A DNA stretch of 64,000 bases from Lytechinus pictus (lineage: Eukaryota). The stretch lies in contig NC_087246.1 of NCBI RefSeq assembly GCF_037042905.1, positions 13,578,001 through 13,642,000 of the forward strand, read 5' to 3'. This document shows, one piece after another, positions 1 to 13,490 of this stretch (its first letter is position 1; each line of letters starts with the position of its first letter). The position numbers and the translations under genes were made by a program. The notes under the pieces are model-generated. The model saw nothing but the letters and a program-made list of their open reading frames with translations, did no database searches and was not told the DNA's origin.

Positions 1-42
1 TTGCTACTATTCAGTTCGCGGAGATTATTGTTGTTGAGCCAT
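1..42 (-). CDS. Gene B further LRR exon, truncated by the window edge
   Basis: TTGCAG acceptor followed by LWLNNNNLRELNSS. Confidence 0.8.
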
Positions 43-3000
43 CTGCAATTTGAAAGGAAAATCGGAGGAGGTTATAAGCCAAGAACTATATTAATTTGAA
101 CATATCTAGTTATGCAAATGACTATACAATCAAATCAGGGGCCGCGGAACGGTTTTCAAAGGGGGGGGGGCTGACCATGCAAAAAATCACAATCCTATGG
201 TAATTTTTACGTTTTTGTACACGGTTTTGGAAAAAAGTGTGGGGGGGCTGAAGCCCCCCCCCCCCCGCTTCCGCAAATATGTAAAATCTATACCTTGCTG
301 TGGAAAGAATGAACTCGAAGCAGGTGGTGAAAGGCACAATAATATTTTTATGTAGGCCTATCACCTATGTATGTGAGTCAAAATGCAAAATGCAGCAAAA
401 CGATACTCAAATTAGAGATGTGAATCAATAAAGCATCGATTTATCATCTAAAGCGTCTATTTGAAACACTCAATAGAAAATCAAAGCGCTACAGATTTAT
501 CATGTTTATGCATACATATTATACAAATGTTGCCTAGTATAATAGTTCAAACATATTTCCTTATTATATATGCGTGTGCAGAATTCTATGCTTGAATAAT
601 TAATGAATATATATCAATGTTCTAATTCTAATAATCCTCCTCAGACTTTCTTATTGGCAGGTATATTTGCAGTATCATACAAAGATCTACAACCGAATAA
701 CAAGTAAGAATTTACTCACAATCCATATAAGCTACCGAAGTATATTTCGTTTGTTAAACCTGTTACGTTGTTATAGTCGAGATACCTGTATAATAAAAAT
801 GTAACCAGAGATCAGATATTGAGTAACGTTTAATGATTCTTTACAAATGGAGAATTGAATAATACTTAAGTCGCGATATGTAAAGAGTCATTAAATATTG
901 AAGTCGCGATATGTAAAGAGTCATTGAAAGTTACTCTTATATTTATATTGTAAACAAGACTTTACATGACGTCCGTGTAGCTGGTTATACTTTTATAAAC
1001 CGCTGAACAAAATTCTATTGGTCAAAACCTACCAAAAGCGTAACGTTATTCTTACTGATAAGTTTCACTCGCCCTTTAGAAACATCCCTGTTTAAAGCCT
1101 TGAATGAAAGCCTATTACTATGACGCACAAATATTCACTGCTGAATGATACGTGCCGTATAAGCTAAAACAACAACAATATTTATTTACTTCGCTCTGGT
1201 GAACCCTACGTTCATGTTCGTGTATTAAGTCATAAATACATTTGCTATGACATTTAATTGTGGATGAAAGTATGAGCTGTGTAATAGTGTTCCTAGCATT
1301 GATTGCAGCAACAAATGCTATATCAGGCACCACAATCCTGTTTAAATGTGGATGTATGCTATTAATTTTTTTTTTTTTTATCTATGAAACATATATGGAT
1401 ACTGAAATAATAAAGTAAAAGCTGTAATCAGCACGTATCAATAGGAATGAATTTTAACTTGGATTGTATGGTTCGTTCAATTAGATCTTATTTTAAAAAA
1501 AAAATCAATTTTATGGTTGTTTTATGAAAATATTTATTAAGTTTATATTTAGGTAGAATTGGCCTTTTGGGCTACAAAGTTCACCTTTTTTCAGTTAAAA
1601 GAATGGGGTAATCTAAACATTACATACACACGTTGTATTACTTTGTCGTGTTTGTCATAAGGTTATGCCTTCATAAGGCAACGACCAATGAAATAAGATT
1701 ATTTAATGGCAACGCTGATCTTTGGCTGTCTGCAAATCTCTCTGCGAGCAAATCAATATGAAAGAGGTATTAAGAAAGAATATCGGACAATCTTTAAGCA
1801 GAGATAAAATCCAGAGTCGGAATCTATTTCTGTCGGGTCTATGCCTGTATGGAAATCTGATAAAGTTGATATAGAAGTCGGATGACACGATATTTTCAGT
1901 AAAATTTGGGCGAACACGTTTATCGTAATTATAAATTAGTCATTGTACTCACAGATATTGCAGTGACGGTAAGACATGAAATGTTCCGCTTTGAACACGG
2001 GTGATCATGTTTCTTCCAATTGACCTGTCATTTGTGAATACCGTATACGTAGAATAAATTAAGAGTTTTATCTACACATTTTAACACATCCTTTTTCGTT
2101 CTTTTTTATTTCTGTCTCGCCCTCGGTCACATGCACACACCTCATACACATTCTCATTGTGTGTCCCAATGGGAACCCATTTATCTTTCACATCAAAGCA
2201 AAGCTGCATTATTTTCAAAATTTTGAATTTGATCCACTACCTATTAAAGCAAAGCTGCATTATTTTCAAAATTTTGAATTTGATCCACTAACCGGGCTCA
2301 ATTTCAGACATTTTAAAAGTAAAAACAGGAGCGTAAACTCTCAAGTGACCAAACATGCAATCTGTGGTGTTTTTATTTTCTTTTAATTTCCATTAATTAG
2401 AAATAAAAATCTAGATTCATACCGCATGGAATAATAGAAATGAAAGGTAATGAGGACTGCACAAACGATGCAACAGGCTTTAAATACTTACAATGTTCTC
2501 AATCGAACAAGACCAGAAAAAACGGCTGAAGAAAGGGACTGGATACGATTTTCAGACAGGTCCCTGAAATTATATATATATATATATAAAAACGATATTG
2601 TTCAGAAATATGCTGTATGTTTGTTACATGTTTATTGTCATGGAAGATGCAAAGAAGTTATTTATTGGAAATACAATACTTACAAAAATGCAAGTTTCTG
2701 CAGACCATCGAATGTTCCATCTCCAATATACTCGATGACGTTTGCGCGTAGAATTCTGGTATAAAGGTACAATATTTAAATACATGTACATTATTTTTTT
2801 CTCTTAAAAAAATTGAAGTATTTCTATAAGTCTACCTTTCATATATACGATTTTTACTTTAGTCATTACCAATTTCTCGAATATCTTTACATGTACATCA
2901 CAAAATAGCAAAAGTGTATCAAGGGGAAAAACTTGGTATTCTATTCTGGAAGTCTAATTTATTCGTTGACAGATATAGTTAAAATGAAAGTAATATACGG

Positions 3001-6000
3001 CAAACATACGGCGCTATTATTTTACATGTCAGTTATATCATACACGGAGTTCATAAAGTATAAGGACGAATGTTAATTATGGAAAACTATGTAAATCAGA
3101 TATGGATATATTAAGTAAATGCGTAAAATAAATAACACATGCTTATATTCTGCAAATTCAACAAAAACACCTTAAATCAGTAGTGAAAAAACGAGACCTT
3201 GATCACAACACTAGAAATTAACTGGGCGCAGGTGTTTTAAAAAGCTAAAAGATTAAGTTATAAATGATAAAAATTAAATTAACAATAACAAATAAACAAA
3301 TCGAATTACAGTTAAAGCAATTTAAATTCATAAGAGCACTAATCAATGATTTGAATTATGAATGGAATTTATCAAATCATTGCCGTTTCATGACTTGGAA
3401 ATTTCATCAACAAGACTATGCTGAATTCATTTAAATATATTTCAAATACAAATGTATATTTGTTTAGAACAGAATCAACTCTCTGTTTAAATGATTTCCT
3501 TTTACAATCCTTTCATGTTTACCCCACTTGGAGCCAAGGTGTAGATCGTAATAACCGAAAGTCAAAGTTACTTTAGTTCTCATTAGTTCTCATCGTTTAT
3601 ACCTTCTAATTCTTAAGCATATTCCGATTGATATTGTACTTTAAATTTGACTATGTATTGTTACTTTGATTTTGTTGTGCTTTGTGAACGGAAAATGAAT
3701 AAAATCTAAATCTAAATCTAAATGACCGAAAGGTATGATGACACCATGAAAAGCATCCTCTCTGTCTCTTTTACTTCAGACTTTGTAAAACAGTAGCAAA
3801 GAATAGCCATATAGCTTGAATGCGAGATTAGACCCCATTAAGTACTTACAGTTGCTCCAGGCTCACCATTCCTGAGAAGACTCGCTTTCCCAATGAAGAG
3901 ATGTTTTGTCCCGTTCGAGAGCTGCGCGGAGATAACATATAGAAAACAGAAGTTATCGGAATGCTTTCAGCAATCGGGTGTTCTCACTGTGCGTGCGTGA
4001 TGGTGTGTGTGTGGGTATGGGTGGGTAAGTGGGTGTGTGCGTGGGTGTACGTGAGCAGTTTATCAAAGTTATCATATTTTTTTTGCTATTCTTGATAGAC
4101 ATGCCTATGTCTTCATTTTAAAGGAAGCATTATGTTGCCCTTTTTTCATTCACATAAAATATAACACACGGCATAGAGATGGTTCAGGATATTTGTTTCG
4201 TTTCATTCATAGTGATATTAGCTAATAACTTTGCAAAAACTTCAGATAATGTCAAGATGAATTTATTATTATTATTATTGTTATCAATATTTTTATTATT
4301 ATTATTATCAGTAGTAGTATTGTTATCATTATTATTATTATCATTGTTATTATTATCATCATCATTATTATTATTATTATTATTATAAGAGTTGAGTCAT
4401 TTGATCTGTATATCATGTAACAGGTTACTCAATGGAGTTTGTAATAACATGATTTTGGGGATATATGCAACAACAAAATGCGTATGAGTGTGTGTGCTTG
4501 GGTGTGTATAGAGGTTTTATTACGTAATCGTACCCCATAAATGCATGGATCGTGACCATACCGATAATATTTATCTATCGACACCTACAATAGTAATGTA
4601 TTCTCCTTGACGATAAATTGCCAATTCGTATATTGCCAACTAGTCCACTCATCACACTGTCTACCTCTATTTAGTCTAATGGCATTCCGTCCATCAACAA
4701 TTCGTCTAACAACCATTTGGTCCAATAATCACTTCTTTTAATCACCAGTTCGTCTATGACGATTTGGTCTCATAACCATTTGGTCTACTAACAATTTTCT
4801 TTTCTTTCATTTCGCTCAATAACATTTAGTCAAATTAGACCAAATGGTATGGATTAAACATACTGGTAAATATACTGTATAAACACTTGTCAAATGCTTT
4901 AGTCCCAATTGAGAAGACATCTTATGTCGGTCACTGAAAGCTATTGGCATATTGTGCCAACGTGCGCACTCGGTAAATAGACAAAATGTGTAGGTTTTTT
5001 TCTTCGTTTTGATATCCAAGTTACATGTTTGTAAGACGGTAATTCGGTAATGACACAATTAAGTAATATGTATTTCATAATCAGTTGTGTATTTTGTTAG
5101 CAAAATTTGATTTTTCATTTGGATTTTTTGTAAGAAAAAACACTTTTCGAATGCAATAGCTTCAAAATTATATTGAATTAAATGATATGTTTTTATAATT
5201 TAAATATAATTTTGTTATCTACAGATACCACCTTTATCTTGCTGAGTTAACTCACACTACTCTTTCATCCTCTTGGCACTTCAGTATTTGTCCAAGGTTA
5301 GAACTAAATAATTGCAGCTCTGTTGAAGTCCTTGAGGAAATAAGAAATTGAATTGAAGAAGAAAATTACTGTACCCGATTATCACTTCAGGGAGGTATAC
5401 TACGTTTATCATTATGATGAATAATTGAAAATTCGATCAATATATTTTAGATCATTACAATGGTACAAAATGAGACAAAATCACATATTTAAAGAGATCT
5501 CCCAGTGCAGCATTTGTTCCACCATTCAGAAGTTCAAAGTCAAAGTTGAGCCCTTTTTTAAATTAAAGTCTTAGAGTGAAGAAAGGGCTTTCTCTCATCT
5601 CTTCACCATGTTCATGATTGCGTTATACATGACGTAACCCTATTTCCCAAAATGAGCCTTGAAATTGAATACTTACATACATTTCAATGCCGCTGATGTA
5701 TAAGAAGTTTCAGACAAATCATATTGAAAGCATTTTCCTAAAAAAATAAAAATAAAAAAAACCCGGTCATAATCGTTTAATTTGAAAAGGAAATATATGT
5801 ATCTCTTCATTTTTCGTTATAATTAGATATGCCAACTGGGCAGCTTGCCTACAAGTGCGTATAAATTCTTTAATATATAATACAATGTCAAGGACCCTTT
5901 CCTCCCCCCATCATAAATAAAAAAGTGTGTTTAAATGTATAATTCGAAGTAAATTCGAATAAATAAAAAAATTTAATGGTCTTACCTGAAGCCGAGTCGT

Positions 6001-9000
6001 TTGCCTTTTGCATAAGTGAGTGACACTCACTTTCTTTGCGAATAAAATAAATTAAAAATGTTATTCTTTAGGACTTTTGTATTTGAATAAAATCTAGAAA
6101 AACATTTAGTATAATTTCCATTTGTAAAATATTTGTCGAATTAAGCCTATTTCAAGTTTTGGTAAATCCTTCCAAACTGTCAGCAACCTAATTCATTATA
6201 AGAGTTATAATGTCGATGATACAGAATACAAATGAATTTTGAGAATTTCCATGACAATTTATTCACTCGGGTGCCCAAATAAATCACCTTTGTTGCTTTC
6301 TGATATCCAATCACAAATTTTGTAAAATACTTAATCAAAAGAACCGTTTAGAGAAAACTAAGTTCACTGTGGGAGATAGATAGACAGATAGATAAATAGA
6401 TAGATAGATGGATGGATTAATAGATAAAAAGTGGAATGTTTTTCCATACCTTGCAAATTCATTCCATAGGTACATAAAGCGGTAATGCAGATATTTCCTG
6501 CAATACAGAATAAGTATTTAAGAGTTTTGATTACTATCCATAGTGACGTATCGAGATCGATCTCAGTAAAGACACTGTTTAATATTTGTTTATATAAAGA
6601 TGTTCACTATATGAAATTTACCCTCTTAAACAAGTGTTCAAAATTTAAAATTAACATGGATGTTTAAACTGTTAAACAACTACTATTGAATTCATAAAGT
6701 AAACTGCGTTGTGTAAAATTTTGAACAGCGTTTTCACTGCGTTGGTATAATAGTATCATGTTGTTTCCAACTTTAAAGGGCATAATAATCTAAGAATATA
6801 TAAATATCACTTCATCATCATGTAAGTGTGCGCTAATAATAACCTAGTTTTTTTACTTGGTATTTTTGCTATTAGTTTTAAAGCTAGATCAAATATTTAC
6901 CTGTTTTCATGGTTTCTACGTTGGGCAAACATTTGTAAGTCATGTATTTAAAAAAAAAAAAAAGGTTTCCATTCTTTCCCATTACTTTATGATTTGATCT
7001 AATACAACCATAATTATTTTTGTGACATCAGGTTGTCTTGTAATTCAGAAAAGAAAGAAAATGATGAAGGTTTAAAGTGTTCCATGATGATAATTTATAT
7101 ATCTCATTACAAATTTTCCTTGCGGCTGCTTCGCTCTCCACATTTTCTGTTGGGCAGAGTTATCCAGAGGCAAAAATAATTCATACATACCTCCTGAACA
7201 AACAATCCTTGCATCTTGAGAATGATTACATTTGTCTTCGTATGCTATTCCCACTCCAGGACAATCGAAGAATCTGGATTCATTCCCAGAGCAATTTACA
7301 TAATCAAGAGTAACATCAATGTGACTGGCGTCAGAAATACCCCAAGAAGAAATTTCGATCGCATGTCCTTGTTCAAGACTTCTGCAGACAACATTACCGT
7401 CGTTCACGTCCCACGAATCCGCGGAAACTGACCGCTGTTTACCATTATAGTAGTACATGACTACACCGTCTAAGAAACTCCTACCATCAGCTAAATAGAT
7501 TTCTTCGTCTATAGATTGAATGGAGACATACAGGAACAAAATTTTGACTTTCTGATTATGGCTCAATCAACCTTTCCAGGGCAATCAGTTTGTAAATATA
7601 TATAAAATATAGACACATCAAGAAATTACAATTCGTTCACCCATAGACCCGACTGGTCTTGGCTGAATATAAAACATGATATAAAAGGAATATGGTGCGT
7701 TGACATCATATTAAAGCAGGAATTGCTTAAACACGAATCCCCCTTTCAATGTGTATTTATTCTGGTGGAGATCACCCCAGCAAAGAGAATAGATTGGTAA
7801 CTTTTCTGTAATGAATTATCATGCCAGAATACAGATGATGTGCTGATCAATCTATATGTATAGCTTTCATGGGATGACAAAAGTCAAAGTGTAAAAATAC
7901 AGGAACAAAATAAACATAAATACCTTCAGAGGAGCAAACAACCTCAGCTCCATCGAGATAACAATAGTCTGTTCGTCCAAGTCTTGCATTCGGACAGTCC
8001 AGTATATTGGTTTCCTTACCAGTGCAACGGGTATCTGACAGGTATATATTTCTTTCGCCAAAGCCGAAGGAAGAATCAGTAGGAACTTGCAGGGCGCCAG
8101 CGTAACCCAAACTTTTGCATATGACATGTCCATCATTAAGGGTCCAGTCTGTCATACAAACAGTGCCCCATGTTGATTTTGAAAACACTTCTATTCTTCC
8201 TTCACTCCTATTTCTGCCATCCATTAGACGAACTGCGATAAGAACAAGAAATATAACAAAATAATCCTTCTTGACTTCATAGAAGTCCTTCTTGACTTCA
8301 TAGAAGTTGTAAAATGTCATATAAATTTTCGATTAAGACATATAAAACATTTTTATGAAGCTCTGTATTATTTTAGGGCTATTACCAACTGTATTTTTTT
8401 TTTATTGTTAATGACCTCTTTTCCTCTTGGTGACAAAATACATGTATAGATACAGGGTGTCAACCATCGCAGAGGGACCACACGACCACTTGTGAAAGCC
8501 CCTTTACGATTATCTATTAAATGACACTGTTGCTGTAACGATAGTGTATTCACAAAGAAAATAGAAATATATATATATATATATATATAAATATACATGT
8601 ATATATATATATGGCTTACTCATCCACATATAACTATGATCAACTTTGTCGTGGAAAAAGTTATATTGATGAAATATTCCCTCAATAAAATTAATATGGA
8701 ATATGTATTTAAATAGATTGTACTCTAGAATATCGGAATGATTTTATGATATACCTTTGTTTTAATAAATATACCAAAATACTGAAATAAACATATCACA
8801 AGTTCGATCGTGGTCTTGAGCTGGAACTCGGCTTTCAACTTTTATTTCGTGTCTTGGTCAGTTATATTCGGTTGTCAATCAAGTTCGAACTACTTTCATA
8901 CACTTTATCGTTTTACCGCCACTTTTCTATTTTTATGTAATGCTCGAGGCGTAAATAGCAAACTGAAAGAAAATCCTAAGTTAAAGAATGAAAATATTTA

Positions 9001-11117
9001 AAGAAATACTAGACTGGACTTTTGTTTGAAGCCCATCTAAAACTTTGGTTAAAGTTTAATAATGTGAATTATCTCAACCCAGACAGAAATACACGGGAGG
9101 CGAATATGCAGTTTCCGTGGAGTTTAATCAATAATTGTTTCCGCAGAGCATCTTCCCAAATTTTCCAATCGTTGATTCTTAGTGAAAATTTGAATTATGA
9201 TGTTATTACGTATCTAGCGCCCTCTCTCGATAATGTTTTTATTACTCTTTAACAACGGTCTCTTAGCACTTACAGTTATTAGATATCAAAGCGTTACGGG
9301 CAAACACGTCCTAAAATTTCAGCCTTTTCCATGCCTCAGAAATAGTCAAATTAAAAAAAAACAGATATCACATCTATAAGGGCAGTAGATCAAACATTTC
9401 AAAACAGATTACAATGTGAAATCGATAAATATGTCAAGTAAAACATATTTTTGTATTGTAACCTCTTCATCATAATTGACGTATATACTAGCATATGATA
9501 TAGAAATGAGGTCGAATTAAATCACGCGCTTTAATGATTTAACATAACTTAAAAGGGCCTTAATAAAAAAAAAATTATTCTTATGTAATTCATTGCACAC
9601 AAAACAAATCTAGCATTTCGCGTGGATGAAAAATTGTGTACATTTACATTTTTTTTAATTTTTACACTCAAAACGATATGATAATAACACATAACCGATT
9701 TGTTACATTCTGGAAGTTACACTTTAAATTAAAACTCACCTCCACTAGAACATTGTACTCTCGCTCTTCGAGTAGAGTTACACTTGCCAATGCTGAAAGT
9801 AGATCCAGGACACGCCAATAAACTGGATTCACTTCCATTGCACCTCACGTCACTTAAAATGTAATCTTCTCTCTCCCTTGTAGAGATATGACTTTCGTCA
9901 ATGGCTAAAGCTCTACCAAGTCCAAGTTCTCTGCAAAGTACATGTCCATCGTCTAGATCCCATTGGTCACTGCAAACCAGCCTCCAAGATCCGAGGTAGA
10001 ACACCTCTACCCTTCCCTCGCCCAGAAAGTTGGAATCCGTCAGGCGAACTGCAAAATAAAAATCCATGATTAGGCCATATAATTTACCGGGAACCAAATA
10101 AATACGAATTGTGTTTATATTGGAAAGTAAGATTTGTGGAAGAATGGTTATATCCTTATCATACCCCCCCAAAAAATCGTTTTGGACAATGGATCGAACA
10201 ACCCAATATAACATAGAGGAAATACATAAATATATATTAGTAAACAAAACATCTCCATGAACGGAGTAGCCGTTGGCTAGTGTGAGATTGTGACGATATT
10301 AGAGGGTAAATTTCGGAGGAAAGATCCGTCTGGCAACGATAATTTGTCCATTATAGTAGCCCTTGATCAATTGGTAAACAAGAAATGTGCTTTCATCTTT
10401 ATTACATCTTAAAATGATAGATAAAATTCATCAACGCCATCTTGATCAAGCATTAGCAAGTAAAATGTTTTCCATGTGCATTCCATGTACATGATGTAAA
10501 CATTATAATACAATACTCACTTGTGTAATTCGTACAAACTACCGAGGCTTTCAAATATTTATTACACACTCCAAATAGATCGACACGACTATTCGGACAA
10601 TCTAACAACCTAGTCTCATTCCCGACACATCGCACATCATAGAGAAGAATACCGGGATGCTTTTTGTAGATGTAGTTATCATTAAAAACTGCACCGCTGA
10701 ACCCAAGTTCTGAACACGTAACTTCAGCATCAGCGAGACCCCAGCTAGGTTCTTCGCAAATGCCTCCCCAAGTTCCATTTATATTGACCAGAACGAATCC
10801 TTCAGACGATTGGTCGTTGCCGTATTTGTCAACAAGACGGACATTCTTATCTGTCGGAATAAAATATAGAAAACATAAAAGGGAGCTCAAATAAGCGTTG
10901 AAAAGGCATGCCTAAATGTTATATACAAAATAAACCTATCGTATTTCTTTTACATCGGATAGAAGACGACAAATAAAATTGAAAGTCATATTAGGAACTT
11001 ACCAACTGATTGACCAACATTTTTCATGTTAGACAAAGAAAATTTTATTCTTTCTCCTAAAAGACATATCATAAATGCACCGTAAATAAATGCAAGTGAA
11101 ATTTTACGAAGAGGCAT
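1..11117 (-). CDS. Gene B: tandem paralog of gene A (signal peptide-SRCR x4-cap-LRR...), 3' end outside the window
   Basis: In-frame exons: 11117-11003, 10850-10521, 10048-9740, 8232-7924, 7508-7191, 6033-5986, 5737-5677, 5330-5256, 3921-3850, 2755-2684, 2563-2492, 2024-1953, 785-720, and 42 to the window edge. No stops found. The 7TM exon is not visible and is inferred from paralogy only. Confidence 0.85.
136..274. mobile_element. Truncated copy of the same MITE, opposite orientation
   Basis: CAGGGGCCGCGGAACGGTTTTCAAAG...TTTTGTACACGGTTTTGG... is the reverse complement of the 56629-56814 element. Confidence 0.75.
720..785 (-). CDS. Gene B LRR exon 5
   Basis: 66 nt: LYLDYNNVTGLTNEIYFGSLYG. 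Confidence 0.85.
1953..2024 (-). CDS. Gene B LRR exon 4
   Basis: 72 nt: LSIGRNMITRVQSGTFHVLPSLQY. Confidence 0.88.
2195..2290. repeat. Tandem duplication, period 51
   Basis: AAAGCAAAGCTGCATTATTTTCAAAATTTTGAATTTGATCCACTA occurs twice. Confidence 0.9.
2492..2563 (-). CDS. Gene B LRR exon 3
   Basis: 72 nt: LDLSENRIQSLSSAVFSGLVRLRT. Confidence 0.9.
2684..2755 (-). CDS. Gene B LRR exon 2
   Basis: 72 nt: LILRANVIEYIGDGTFDGLQKLAF. Confidence 0.9.
3850..3921 (-). CDS. Gene B LRR exon 1
   Basis: 72 nt: VSRTGQNISSLGKRVFSGMVSLEQL. Confidence 0.85.
4262..4386. repeat. Imperfect (TAT)n microsatellite
   Basis: TTA/TCA triplet run. Confidence 0.9.
5256..6033 (-). CDS. Gene B three small linker/LRR-cap exons (6033-5986, 5737-5677, 5330-5256)
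   Basis: ESECHSLMQKANDSAS / GKCFQYDLSETSYTSAALKC / MTSTELQLFSSNLGQILKCQEDERV; 48, 61 and 75 nt. Confidence 0.8.
7191..7508 (-). CDS. Gene B SRCR domain 4 exon (divergent)
   Basis: DEEIYLADGRSFLDGVVMYYYNGKQRSVS...VVCRSL...VNCSGNESRFFDCPG...CNHSQDARIVCS; 318 nt. Confidence 0.9.
7924..8232 (-). CDS. Gene B SRCR domain 3 exon
   Basis: VRLMDGRNRSEGRIEVFSKSTWGTVCMTDWTLNDGHVICKSLGY...CTGKETNILDC...C..DGAEVVCS; 309 nt. Confidence 0.92.
9740..10048 (-). CDS. Gene B SRCR domain 2 exon
   Basis: RLTDSNFLGEGRVEVFYLGSWRLVCSDQWDLDDGHVLCRELG...VRCNGSESSLLAC...C...VQCS; 309 nt. Confidence 0.92.
10521..10850 (-). CDS. Gene B SRCR domain 1 exon
   Basis: VRLVDKYG...EGFVLVNINGTWGGIC...WGLADAEVTCSELGF...VRCVGNETRLLDC...C...ASVVC; 330 nt. 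Confidence 0.92.
11003..11117 (-). CDS. Gene B coding exon 1, signal peptide
   Basis: accATG context; MPLRKISLAFIYGAFMICLLGERIKFSLSNMKNVGQSV followed by a phase-1 GTAAG donor; 115 nt. Confidence 0.82.
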
Positions 11118-13054
11118 GGTCAATTTTGCCGTCTTAAACAGTCAAAAATCAAAGGAATAAAATCTTTTCCATATGAAATATTTTCTACTGCACCTCGAGT
11201 TGAACGTATTTATACCCTTTGAAGCCTTCCAAACCAAAATTAAGTAATCCCTTGTATGACATATTTGACGTAAGCACATCAAGGAACGCTATAATGGAAG
11301 CCAATAAAGATGTTTACTTTACGATTTCAAAGTTGTAGTAAAGTGTATTCTGGATAATGGTTGAAAAGTCAGGAGCCGCGAAGAAGTCCAAAGGATACGG
11401 TGATGTCTGTCCCAAAGCTTGTATGAGTTTTTATTAGATCATGTAGATTGTGTGAATTAAGATTGATAGGCACTTGATATACGGAGGTGTTTGAAGTACT
11501 GAAGAAGGAAATGGTTGCCGTTATTGTCAGTCATATCTGTACCCTAAATCTAAATAAAAAAAAACAAGATGACAGAAACAGATTGGGGAAAGGACACCCA
11601 CATTGCTTAGGCCTCTTATCCGAGGTTGCCCAAAATGTTTCCCAAAATTCCCACACATATCCTACAATCAACATAAATACTCCCACACACACCAACACAT
11701 TAATCTTGCATAACACTTTCATGCCTCGATGTGTTTAAATGAGTAGGCTACCGAAAGGAACGAAGATAAAGAAAGTTCTCCTAATCTATATTATCAGAAT
11801 CGAAATTAAAACAGAGATCCGTGATGCAGTTGATCTCAAATTATTTCCCCATTTCTGTTTGATTGAGACAGTTTCATTCAGAGAACAGAATTGTAACATA
11901 TAATGCAATTATTATTAATGTAGTACCATGTTATATTCTCTAAATGCATTCTCGAAAAATTGTGAATAAGGAACACTTTCATCTTAAAAAGAAGGAAATT
12001 TTCACAATTTGTTTTTATAAAAATCATATCATAACAAATTTGTCATCAAACGGTGACTAATTTGACACTACTAAAATGTATTCTTTTTTATAGCACACGC
12101 AATCACCTAATCTCTACACACTATGAAATATTATACAAAACAAAACAAACACTGGTGCAATGCAATATCACACAGTCCTCAAATTGATCAAATGATATTT
12201 GAATAAAAACAGGAAAAGAAAAATAAGATGACACTTTGATTACCCAAATCCCTGTTAAAAGGTAGATTTGTAGCATTATTATACGAAAATGAGCCATCAC
12301 AGCAGTGATTTCTTTATGGTAAGTACTTGACATTACGATTAAAAGCATGGGATATTTCAAAAGACAGGGTAATGAGTGACTGGCACCTTAATAATTGAAC
12401 AATTAAACTCTCTCGCTATGCTATCACAGACAAAGCACATCGGCTGCAATATGAGACCAAAAGAGATAGAGAAACTAAAAACAGGACCGTGCTTAATTGT
12501 GACGGAAGAAAATTTACCCAACATTAACCCATATCGCCGAGTCAAGATCGTGACAGATCGGAACGAAATCACGTGTACTAGGAAAATGATTAGTACCGTT
12601 TTGTCAAGCCAAGGTTCTTTTTTCTACACAAAGCACACACGCTTCAAGATATGGTAGACTTTCTGATGCGAGCTTATCAAGTAAAACTTTATATATAAAA
12701 AAAGCCTGACTCTCAGTAACTTTGATTTCCGACATGTTGCTTGAACTCTTACTCTTTACTCAAAAAGTTAGAACATAACTTAATGTAAACCATGTAAATA
12801 GACATTGAATGCATGGGCACAGGGGAGTTGAAAAAGGGATAAGCAAAAATGATGGGTGCATATTTAGAGAAAAGGTACTTCAAGTCACTGGTAAGAAAAG
12901 AAAAAAAAGGCAAAACATACCGATAGGGAGAGAGAAAGAGAGGGGGTAGTGGAAATTTGACAAGAAAATGTGAAACGGCTCTTATCATAATGTGCTATAG
13001 ATAAGAATTCGCCATTTTTTGTTTAATTCTAAGATTGCAGTGCAAAACCAAAGG

Positions 13055-13490
13055 TGATGATGATGATGCACAGCATTTGTATTGCGCCATATATCTGTCA
13101 AAGACATTCAAAGGCGCAATTTGAGGAGCCAGCCAATCTGCGTCGCCAAGAAGGGCGCGCACACAGAACTGTGACCCGCAGGTCTCTCCTCCCGATAACT
13201 GGTTGTGGAATGCAGGTGGACCACTACACCGGGGTTTCCCCTACTCTTATTCGAATAGTGCAGTGGGTTCTTAACGTTCAAAGGTGGTGATTCTCCTCTA
13301 CACGGGACCTTTATTAACGTCCTATCCGAGGGACGGAGTGTTTTCCACTGTAACATAGCCTGCATCTATGAAACAGGGGAGAGACGTTTACACACAACGC
13401 ACTGGCTTCAGTCATCCGCCCGGGGTGGACTCGAACCCACGATCTTTGGTTCGACGGGCAGACGCTCTACAGACTGAGCCAACTTCGCTC
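13055..13490 (-). mobile_element. tRNA-derived SINE
   Basis: Head with A box TGGCTCAGTCTG and B box GGTTCGAGTCC; LINE-like 3' end (GCGCCTTTGA...GGCGCAATACAAATG); (CAT)n tail; near-identical flanks CAAAGGTGATGAT (13049-13061) and CAAAGGTAATGAT (13494-13506) as a probable TSD. Confidence 0.8.

Noticed and set aside
615-686. LRR-like 72-nt stretch ending GLLELEH in a gene B intron
   Set aside because: It has an in-frame stop, no GT donor, and would need a 33-nt intron.
4179-4388. Poly-Leu membrane-like ORF
   Set aside because: It is the translation of the (TAT)n microsatellite.
13415-13490. tRNA gene
   Set aside because: A and B boxes are present but there is no acceptor stem, and it continues into a SINE body and tail.
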